Source: Leptospiraceae bacterium (GTDB taxonomy: Bacteria > Spirochaetota > Leptospiria > Leptospirales > Leptospiraceae). From it: a stretch of DNA of 54,375 nucleotides. The notes under the pieces were generated by a model, which worked only from the letters and a program-made list of their open reading frames with translations, had not been told where the DNA came from and did not search any database. Each line of letters begins with the position of its first letter. The stretch's first letter is position 1. Of this stretch, positions 38,730-49,000 are shown in pieces. Position numbers and translations under genes: made by a program. Location of the stretch: the NCBI GenBank assembly GCA_020440835.1, contig JAGRNI010000035.1:1-54375 (forward strand), read 5' to 3'.

Positions 38730-41700
38730 ATGGCTATAACAGAAAAACAATTTATCGAATTATTGCAAGAAAAACTCCTTGTAATTGACGGTGCCATGGG
38801 CACAAGTCTGCAAAACCAAAATCTCACAGCACAAGATTTTGGAGGTGTTGGATATGAAGGCTGTAATGAATATCTACTGATTTCCAAGCCGGAAGCAATT
38901 AAAAAAGTTCACCTAGGCTATTTGGAAGCTGGATGTGATATTATCGAAACCAATACTTTTGGCTCTACCCCTATTGTGCTTTCCGAATACGGTTTGCAAA
39001 ACAGAGCCTATGAGATTTCTAAACTAGGGGCTGTTATAGCAAAAGAATCCGTAAAAGAATACACCGATAAAGCCAAACCAAACCGTAAAATTTTGGTTGC
39101 GGGTTCGATTGGACCAACCACCAAAACCATATCCGTTACTGGTGGAGTAAATTTCCAAGAACTCATAGATTCTTTTTATATCCAAGCCAAAGGTTTACTC
39201 GACGGAGATTGTGACATGTTTTTGATCGAAACGGCTCAAGATACCTTGAACATCAAAGCCGGACTGATTGCCATCAACCAATTGTTTCGAGAATACGGAA
39301 AAAGAATCCCCATTATGATTTCCGGTACTATCGAGCCTATGGGTTCTATGCTTGGCGGACAAAATATCGAGGCTTTGGCAATATCCACAGAGCACGCCAG
39401 ACCAATCACAATCGGACTCAATTGTGCTACTGGACCATCTTTTATGACAGACCACATTCGAACTCTGGCATCTTCAACTTCCTCTTATGTGTCTTGTGTC
39501 CCCAATGCCGGTCTACCTGACGAGAACGGGTTATACAATGAGTCACCAGAAGACATTGTGAAAGTTTTGGACAAATTTGTTGATTCCGGTTGGGTGAATT
39601 TGATTGGCGGTTGCTGTGGAACAACTCCGGAACACATTCGCTTGATGGCTGAAATGACAAAAGGGAAAAAGCCAAGAATTCCTGTCGCAATCAAAAAAAC
39701 CAGAGTTTCCGGAATCGAACCTTTGATAGTAGAAGAAGAAAACCGACCTTACATGGTTGCGGAAAGAACAAATTCTTTAGGCAGTAGGATATTCAGGCAA
39801 CTCATAGCTGATGAGAAATTTGAGGAAGCTTCTGAAATAGCGAGGAAACAGATTCGAGCAGGTGCCCAAATCATCGACGTATGCTTGCAAAACCCTGACA
39901 GAGACGAAATCACAGACATGAAACGTTTTATAAGTGTGCTTGTGAAAAAAGTCAGAGCACCCATCATGATAGATTCAACGGATGAAAAGGTCCTAGACGT
40001 TGCTCTCAAATACTGCCAAGGCAAAACCATTTACAATTCCATCAATCTGGAAAACGGAGAAGAAAGGTTTGAAGTAGTGGCTCCTATCCTCAAGCAATAC
40101 GGAGCTGCCGTTGTAGTTGGCTGTATTGATGACAACAAAGAGCAAGGAATGGGTGTCACGGTAGCTAGAAAGCTAGAGATTGCAGAGAAATCACACAAAT
40201 TGCTTACTCAAAAATACCAAATCCCCGAAGAAGACATTATTTTTGACCCATTAGTATTTCCGGTAGGTACCGGTGATGAAACTTACATTCTGTCAGCAGA
40301 GGCAACTATCCAAGGCGTAGCCGCCATCAAAAAACGGTTTCCCAAATGTAAAACAATTCTTGGTATATCTAACGTATCCTTTGGACTTCCCGATGCTGGG
40401 AGAGAAGTTTTGAATTCGGTGTTTCTCTACCATAACGTAAAAGCCGGCTTAGATATGGCAATTGTGAATACACAAAAATTAGAGAGATATCCTTCTATCC
40501 TCGAACACGAAAAAAAGCTAGCGGAAGACTTGCTTTTTCATACAACTGAGTCCTACTCAAAAGCTTTAGGAGACTTTGCCGAATACTTTAAAGGCAAGTT
40601 ATCAAAAGCAAAAGAGAAAAAGGACATGTCTTCTTTATCGCTAGATGAAAGATTATCACTCTACATAGTGGAAGGTGCGGTAGACGGTCTCATTGATGAT
40701 TTGAATCTAAAACTCGTCAACACAAAACCACTCGATATTGTGAATGGTCCTCTTATGACTGGTATGGCAGAGGTAGGAAGGCTATTTAACGATAACCAAT
40801 TAATCGTCTCCGAAGTCTTGCAGAGTGCGGAAAGCATGAAAAAAGCCGTATCGCATCTAGAACAATACATGGAAAAAACGGAAGATTCCATAAAAGGAAG
40901 AATGGTTTTGGCAACCGTAAAAGGTGATGTCCATGACATTGGAAAGAACCTCGTTGACATTATCTTTTCCAACAATGGATACAAGGTAATTAACTTAGGG
41001 ATCAAAATTCCACCAGAAGATATCATCAAAGCTTGCAAAGAACACAAACCCGATATGCTTGGTTTATCCGGATTACTGGTAAAATCAGCCCAGCAGATGA
41101 CCATAACCGCAGCCGACTTGAGAGATGCTGGAATTAATGTTCCAATGCTGGTAGGTGGTGCTGCCCTATCGGAAGCGTTTACAAGGAATAAAATCGCATC
41201 CAATTATGAGGGAACGGTTATCTATGCAAAAGATGCCATGAATGGCTTGGACCTTGCCAATCAGTTGATGAGTCCGATTGGGCGAAAGGCTTTGGAAGAA
41301 GAATGGAGCAAACCATTCGATGAAAGTCATAAAGAGCAGTCCAAACAAAGGAAAAGAGAATCAGAAGCAGAAAAGGTGGAATTTCGATATGACTATGGAA
41401 TTTTAACTCCGCCAAGCCTGACTCCTCAAATTCTAAAAAACGTATCTTTGGACTTGGTCTATCCTTACGTAAACCCCGTTATGTTGTACAAAAAACATCT
41501 CGGTTACAAAGGAAGAGTTGGAGATGGTAAAAGTGTGGATGACCCTAAATTTGTAGAATTGTGCACAAAGGTCTCAGAGCTGCAAGATGAAGTGATTTCC
41601 AAGCAATTGTATACGGCAAACGGAATATACCAATTTTTTCGAGCCGGGTCAGACGGAGATGAACTCGTTATTTTGGATTCTACGGGGAAAAAGGAATTGG

Positions 41701-42206
41701 AAGTCTTTCGTTTTCCGAGACAAAAATTCGGAGCCGGTTTGTGTTTGTCGGATTTTGTTGCTCCTTTGGGTAGCGGAAGGGAAGACTTTATCTGTATGTT
41801 TCTTGTCACCGCCGGAATAGGCGTAAGGGAAAAGGCAGAAGAGTTGAAAAACAAAGGAGAATTCCTGAAGTCCCACATGCTGTCAGCTCTGGCTTTGGAA
41901 ACTGCGGAAGCTTTTGCCGAATTTTTACACCAGAAAATACGGGAAATGTGGGGAATACAAGACCCAACGCTAAGCATGCAAGAAATTTTCCAAGCAAAGT
42001 ATACGGGAATTCGAGTCAGTTTCGGATATCCTGCGTGCCCGAATTTGGAAGATCAAGAAAAACTGTTCCGTCTGCTTTTACCTCCTAAAGATTTGGGAGT
42101 TTCTTTAACAGAAGGCTATATGATGGAACCGGAAGCGTCTGTTTCTGCTATTGTATTCCAACATCCTATGGGAAGATACTTTAGCGTAAAAGACAATGAA
42201 GAATAG
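38730..42206 (+). CDS. metH: Cobalamin-dependent methionine synthase
   Basis: Homocysteine S-methyltransferase N-terminus, pterin-binding domain, B12-binding DVHDIGKN (DxHxxG) and SAM-activation C-terminal domain. 1158 aa. Confidence 0.9.
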   Translation: MAITEKQFIELLQEKLLVIDGAMGTSLQNQNLTAQDFGGVGYEGCNEYLLISKPEAIKKVHLGYLEAGCDIIETNTFGSTPIVLSEYGLQNRAYEISKLGAVIAKESVKEYTDKAKPNRKILVAGSIGPTTKTISVTGGVNFQELIDSFYIQAKGLLDGDCDMFLIETAQDTLNIKAGLIAINQLFREYGKRIPIMISGTIEPMGSMLGGQNIEALAISTEHARPITIGLNCATGPSFMTDHIRTLASSTSSYVSCVPNAGLPDENGLYNESPEDIVKVLDKFVDSGWVNLIGGCCGTTPEHIRLMAEMTKGKKPRIPVAIKKTRVSGIEPLIVEEENRPYMVAERTNSLGSRIFRQLIADEKFEEASEIARKQIRAGAQIIDVCLQNPDRDEITDMKRFISVLVKKVRAPIMIDSTDEKVLDVALKYCQGKTIYNSINLENGEERFEVVAPILKQYGAAVVVGCIDDNKEQGMGVTVARKLEIAEKSHKLLTQKYQIPEEDIIFDPLVFPVGTGDETYILSAEATIQGVAAIKKRFPKCKTILGISNVSFGLPDAGREVLNSVFLYHNVKAGLDMAIVNTQKLERYPSILEHEKKLAEDLLFHTTESYSKALGDFAEYFKGKLSKAKEKKDMSSLSLDERLSLYIVEGAVDGLIDDLNLKLVNTKPLDIVNGPLMTGMAEVGRLFNDNQLIVSEVLQSAESMKKAVSHLEQYMEKTEDSIKGRMVLATVKGDVHDIGKNLVDIIFSNNGYKVINLGIKIPPEDIIKACKEHKPDMLGLSGLLVKSAQQMTITAADLRDAGINVPMLVGGAALSEAFTRNKIASNYEGTVIYAKDAMNGLDLANQLMSPIGRKALEEEWSKPFDESHKEQSKQRKRESEAEKVEFRYDYGILTPPSLTPQILKNVSLDLVYPYVNPVMLYKKHLGYKGRVGDGKSVDDPKFVELCTKVSELQDEVISKQLYTANGIYQFFRAGSDGDELVILDSTGKKELEVFRFPRQKFGAGLCLSDFVAPLGSGREDFICMFLVTAGIGVREKAEELKNKGEFLKSHMLSALALETAEAFAEFLHQKIREMWGIQDPTLSMQEIFQAKYTGIRVSFGYPACPNLEDQEKLFRLLLPPKDLGVSLTEGYMMEPEASVSAIVFQHPMGRYFSVKDNEE

Positions 42207-42533
42207 AGTTATCCTCTGGAGAATTTCTATTGGATTTTCTAAGCGTAATCCCCATTTTCTTCATTTTGTAACATTGAGTTACTACTATAGGGAATGTATA
42301 TTTCTAACCTTATGCCTTGGCTATTTTCTTCTATTATTCTTGTATTCATACTTTTATTATCGGATTTTTATCACATTCCTTTATAGCCTCACACAAAATT
42401 TCTATTTGTGTCATCTAACCAAAGCTTGAATTATCAACTTCTTTATACAATCTACAGTTCGTATTTTATTGTCGTAAAATTAAGGCTTTTCAAATGGCAT
42501 CTAACTTTGATTTAGTGCCATTATAGCCAATTC

Positions 42534-43052
42534 TTGACGAGACCAAACCAGAGTGGTTGGGAGGGAGTGCTTATGTATTGCTCTTCCCCACGGTTTATAG
42601 AAAGTTTAGAAGTAAAAGATTTTCTAGTAATTCATATTGATACAGACAAAATCTTTACTCACCAAAATTTTTCTGGGATAAATACAAATTTGCCCTATCA
42701 AGGTTTATACAAAGAAATCCTGCAAAGATTTGAGCAAATAATTGGAGCAGATATTTATTCTAAATATCGAAATAAGATTATATTTGCAATCAGCATGTTT
42801 ACAATAGAATGCTGGTTATTAGTTCTCCATTGCAAAGACAAACAAAATGCAATCAAAAATTGTATAGATCTATTATATAAATGCCTGCAAAAAGGAAATT
42901 CAAAAATTAATCCATATTCTAAAAAACCCAAAGAGTATGAATATCTTAGTAGGGACTTTAACAAACGAAAAAACCTTATAGCAGGTTATAAATTAAATCC
43001 AAGCCTTGAATCATTCGTAAATGAGTTGAATTCTAAAATCAAGAATTTCTAA
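42534..43052 (+). CDS. Hypothetical protein with RloB/DUF4276-like (Toprim-related) motifs, possibly N-terminally truncated
   Basis: ..LVIHIDTD.. (DxD) and ..FAISMFTIECWLLVLH.. resemble the acidic motif and the ..SNPCFElWlLLHF.. box of RloB-like proteins. An in-frame stop 21 nt upstream leaves no room for the usual N-terminal EG.TE segment. Confidence 0.35.
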   Translation: MTRPNQSGWEGVLMYCSSPRFIESLEVKDFLVIHIDTDKIFTHQNFSGINTNLPYQGLYKEILQRFEQIIGADIYSKYRNKIIFAISMFTIECWLLVLHCKDKQNAIKNCIDLLYKCLQKGNSKINPYSKKPKEYEYLSRDFNKRKNLIAGYKLNPSLESFVNELNSKIKNF

Positions 43053-46000
43053 TTTCCTATAAACATATTTGTATAGGGTTTATACCCAATCCAATATTTA
43101 TGATCGTCATAGTTGTTTGTAATTTTATAAAACGATTCGATAAATCTTTCTGAAAAGGGATAATCCACTTTCCTTTGTTCTAAAAATTGTTTTAAAAAGA
43201 AAACGTTATTTGTATCACTCTGTAATCCTGTAGAAACAATTCCAGGTCCAAAATGAATTTGGTCCAAATACATAAATGAAAAAGCCAAATCATCATTGTG
43301 TAGAGATGTTTGAAACAATAACGAACCGGTAAAAATCCAAGGTCCCTGCCTTCTTCCAAATTTGGAAAGATCGGTTAATTTACTTCCTCCAAATTGTATA
43401 ATTCTCCCTTTTTCTAAGCTTAACTCTTCTTGGCTAACAGTAACTTTTTTTCCTGCTCTATTTCCGGACAGATTTCTCAATTCAAAATTTTCCAAACCTT
43501 TTAATTTTTTCCACCATACTTCTGAAAACCTGGATTTATTTTTTATATCTATCCCAAAACCATATTGAAAATCTTCGTTTGGATCGTAAATTGGTCTGTT
43601 AATCATTAATTCAGGATTTAATACATAGTAAAAAATATCCTCCTCTTCCGGTTCCAAGGTAATTTTAAAATGGTAAGACGGAAGGTATAGATAATTGATT
43701 ACACCTTTTTCTAACTTTAGGTGCTTCCTGTATTGCGTCTCTATCAATTCATGTTTGATCAAGGAAGCTCCTGAGTCTTTTATTGTATACAAATAGTCTA
43801 ATATGGCATATTTGATTTCTCGATTATCCTCATAAGCAACATTTCCGGTTATCTTGTCTTGCTTGATATGAATGGAATACGTCTGAATTCCAAGGTCAAT
43901 CATGGCTGTAAATACTTGATTTTTAGGGATTTTATTTTGTATATTTTGAGCAATGGAATTAACTTTTCCTAAATCTTTAAAATAAATATCCCTATCATAA
44001 ATTTTGGGGTCAATGGAACGAAATTTTTCTTTTGCAAAGCCTATGTCCAAAAAAGCAATAAAATCCTTTTGCTTTAAAGATCTCCATTGTAAAAAGGTTA
44101 TAAAATCAAATAGCTCTTTTTCGTTAAATAAATCTATTTTTTGATTGTTTTTGGATACAATCAATTCATCAAGAAGTTTGATAAAATTTGAACTATCGCT
44201 TTTTTCCGCTTTTTCATAAAAAGAAAACCAATCTCGAAAATTGTTATAAATAAAATCTCGTTCCCTTGTAGTAAAGTTGACATCTTCGAATATTTTAGAA
44301 AGTTTGTATTTTAGTAAATGATACGTTTTATTTATATCTTTTTCTTTGTAGTACCCCTTAAAATTCTCTTCAAAATCCTTAAAGTATTTTTTGGATGAAG
44401 GGTAATCGCCTCTTTGGTACAAAGAAGAAGACCATTGTATTTGCATCCATAGTGTCCTATTTTTATTTTTTAGTTTGAATTCCGTATCCAATAGTATGTC
44501 AAATTGGTTATTTAATTCATCTTGAGTTTGGTAAGGTAATGAACTAAGAAGTACAAAAAATAAAAAATTTCTTTCTGTTTCTTGCAATAAATTGAGAGCC
44601 GGTCTTCCATCTTTCAAATACAAAGGACCCAACGTGACGGGTTCAAAATCAATAGACGTTTCCAATGATTCATAAGCATCAAAAATTCTGCTTTGGTATA
44701 CCTTTTTGAAAGAATCGGATTGGTTTTTATAAATACTTTGCGTCTTTTCTTTGTATATGTCCCAAATTCGATTAATAGCGTAGTAATAAACGGAGTTTGT
44801 ATAAATGGGGGCAGGTGCGATACCTTTAATAAAATATATTTCAAAGTCTATGTCCGACAACATTTCATGGGTTATTTCTTTTTCTCTTTGAGACAATGCC
44901 AATTCGTTGGCTTTTTGAGCATGGTATTTAGCTTTATCCCATACGAAACCTCGAGAAAAAAGGTAAGCTAATTTAATATTCTTTAAATATGGCTCTTCAT
45001 CTGTACTTATAGAAATAAATTTTTTATATTCCGGTTCTATAACATTTAAATTTCCTATTCTCAAATTTTTATAATAATATAGAACAAACTTTTTTTGATC
45101 CGTTGCCAGTGGGTGCAAATCATATCTCTCTTGGTATGTTTTGCAATCTACGTCATCTTTTGCTTCATAACACATCAAAAGCATATTGTATAAAACCTTT
45201 TCTTCTTCTTTTGAAGCTAATAAATATTTATCTAAAATAACTTTATAATAAAAAAGATAATCTGTTACAGGAAATAACTTTGTTTTTAGCCTCGCTATAT
45301 TTAGTTCGGACTCAATAAGTAAGTCCGGCTTTGTGTCCGGTAGCACAGAGTTTGCTTGCAAAAGATAACGAATAGATTTTAGATGCTCTTGTTTTCTCTC
45401 CTCTTCAATACCACGTTTTGTAAATTTTCTAAATTCATTCTCATATAATTTTTGATCTTCCGGGTATTCGCTTATACTTTCACCGATAATAATTACCTTT
45501 TCTTCTCGCAAAACTTTATTGATATTTTTTATATTGGAAAGTATTTTATCTTTAATTCTAGTACTGTTTTCTTCTTTTTCTATTAATAGGATAGACTTCA
45601 CTCCTGCAAATTGCAATATATCATACAAAAATCCTATTTTGATAAAATTATCCAAAGTCCTTTTGTAATTCGTTATGATGAGTAACGGAATATTCCACTG
45701 GTTTTCCACTACTTCTCTAATGTGTATATTACCAACTTTTTTTTCTGCTATCATGTGCTTGCGGTTAGAAAAGTCAGTTTCGCCGACAAGAATATCTGTA
45801 TCAGTGAGATAATTTTTTAGTTCTTCCGAGGACACGTTTCTTAGATTGATTTCCTTGATCTCTTTTTTTTCTTCTTTACTTTCAAGAGTAAATATGCTTT
45901 TTGTTCTTTCCCAAAAAGATTTATCCCTTTTATCAATATCTGGAAAAACATCTGTTATACGTTTTAAACGGGAATACTCAAAGTCAACTTCTCTTTCCAA

Positions 46001-49000
46001 TTGACTTGAACGAAAAATATAACGTATTTCAAAATAATCATTTAGAGTTTTATCTTTGTATTTTATGCCATTGAAGTCCATTTTATACATTTTATAAGAT
46101 GGAACAAATACTATTTTTTTTATATTAGTGTAGCTATCAAGTAAAGATGCCAAATGCTTTTCTATTTCTTTTGGATCATCAAAATCGTCAATACGGAATT
46201 CTTGAACACTTCTACTATTTTTATAAAACGCCATTTGTGTGTAGTATTTTCCAGATGCAAAAAATTGAATCAAAATTTCATTCGGTTCTAATAATATCGG
46301 TATTGGTTTGGGAGAGGTTTCGGTCCAACTAGAAACATCTATTCCTACAGGAATGTACTTAGAATAATTCTTTATGGATTCTTGTATTTTCTTTAGGTTC
46401 TTTTCTTTTTCATTTATGATTTTTGCCGTGTTCCGGCTTTTTTCATTCGCCTGTTCTATTTTACCAATGTATTCCTTATCTTCTAACACTAAAAGTTGAA
46501 TATTATTTAGGGTTTCAAATATTTTTTTATCCTGGAACTTCAATTCATTTACCAGAAGTTGTCTAAAAAAAATAAAGCTAAATAGCTTTTCTCTATTTGC
46601 AACAACTTCGTCGTATTTTTTTAGTTTTAAAAGAATCATGCTCTTTAATGAATACAGACTATTTAAAAATATTTCATCTATATCGTAGATAATACCCGGA
46701 TTCTTTTTTAAATTCTCTTCTGCTTTATTTGTATACTCCAAAGCGGTTGAATAGCTACTATAATTCTTTTCACCTTTTTTATAGAAATACTCAGCTTGAA
46801 TTTGGTAAATACTTAACAACTCTCTTTCAAATTGGTATTCACTAGAGAAATAAAAAGCTTCCGCTATTTGCTTTTCAAACTTTTCCAATTCACCCAATCG
46901 ATAATAGATTAAAGCTGTAATTATTTTTAATCTTGCTCTTTCTTTGGCTGAAAATTTATCACCTTCCAAACCAATATCATCGTCCTCAATTCCCAAAGGA
47001 TTTTTTATCAAAGGCAATGCTCTGCCATAATAATCAAAGGCTACTTCGTATTCTTTTTTTTGTTTGTAAAGTTCCCCTAAATAAAAATAATTGTAACCAA
47101 GAAACGGGTCAAAATTATAATAAGTTTCATCAAATTTTTTTTCACAATAATCCTCTAAATCTTCCTCCTTAATTTTTAAAGTTTTATCGATAGATTCCAA
47201 GCATCTTTTAAATGTATCATCCCTAAATTTTTTTGAAAATTTTATATTCTCAACCAACTCTTCTAGTACCGTTTTTACGTTGTCCGGATTTTCCTCCAAA
47301 TGAGCAAATAAAGCAATATTAGATCTCAGGTAAGACCTGTAGGCTTGTTCATAATTCTTTTTTTCTGTCTGCTCGGTATAATCATACGTATATAGATTAT
47401 CTGCTTCATAATAATTTCCTCTAATAAATTCATTGTACCCTAACTCAGCGTGATCACCATCTAATATTTGTTTTCCAATTTGAGTTTTGTCTAATTTGTT
47501 TTCTTCAATAAATTTGCTACGTTTATGAATTGCCTCTGCTGTTTGGTTAAATTCTTTTTTGTCGGTTAGAATATTAATCCGTATTCCTTGGGTAGTTAGA
47601 TTAGAGAACTCGGGTGTCATCCCAAAAGGAAATCTTCCCGGTCCAATTGTTCTAACGTTATCAGGTAAAACAGAATCCCATATGGAATATTTAAAATAGT
47701 CTAAAAAACCCTTTTTACTTTTTGCATCATATTCTTCGTCTGCTAAAGAAAGCATCTCATCAGCTTTTTCATATTCTCCGATTTCTTGGTAGCAAAAAGC
47801 CAAATTATTGTAAAGGCTCATATCATTGATATAGTCCGTATCTCCGTTCATAGACACAGAAGTGGAAAAAGATACAATGGCATCATCATATCTCTCTAAC
47901 TCCATTTCAGTCAAACCAATTAAAGCGTGTAATAAAGCAATTTTTTTCTTAACATCAACCATATATTCCCTTAATTCTGGAATATCGTTTTTCACTCCAA
48001 GCTTTGCAAGAATTGGAAAATATTCCGATTCATAATATATATCTACTGCTTTATGAAAATATTTTAAGGCTTTTGTATATTTGGATGCATAGATATTTGA
48101 TCTTGCAAAATTAAAGTAGTACAAAGCTTTTTGTTTGTAGTCTTCAAATTGGACTCTATCAATAACATATCTAGATAGTCCTTCTACCTTATTGTAATGG
48201 AACAAAGCTTTTTGAAAATTAGACAATAAGAAATAATTATTTGCTATATTAAGGTGTATGTCGGACAATACTTTTTTATTCTCGTATTTTCCCAAAAACT
48301 CCAAAATCTGGTTGTACAATTCAATATTTTCTTCCAAATACTGCATTGGAAAATATTTAGTGTAAAGGGATTCATAAACTTTTCCGTCTAGACTGTTTTC
48401 TAAGGGTATAAATGTTTTTTTTCGAACATCTATATATTGGTACAACCATCCAAGTAACAAATATGCATCCGCATAAACCGGATCCGCGTAAATAATCCAT
48501 CCCAAATCATACTCAGCTTGTTTTAAATTCTGTAGTATCTCTGATTTTCGAGACTCTGTTAATGCATCCTCCATAAGATAGTAGGTTTCTTCCTTTACTG
48601 CTTTGGAAATAAGGTAATAGGTATAGCCATAAATAGTAGCATAATCCAAACTTTTCCTTGAACTATCTAATATTTCTTTATAATAATTATCTAAAACTTT
48701 TAGTTTATCATCGTCATACAAATCCGAAAAAAATTGTAAATCTCTGAAATCTCCAAAATACTTAAAAATTTTTGCTCTGAATATACCATCCAAACTTTCT
48801 GTAACATCTCCCCATATATCCAAGCGACGCTTATGGGGTATGTTAAACTTTTTAAATAATTCTCTATTTTCACTCTCCTGAAGATTATTAGCATACTCCA
48901 GAGCCGAATCAACCATCTTTTTTTGATAAAAAACGGAATAGTCTTTGTAGATTTTACCTATTGGTAACTTTTTTTCTTTAGATAAAGACAATAATCTAAC

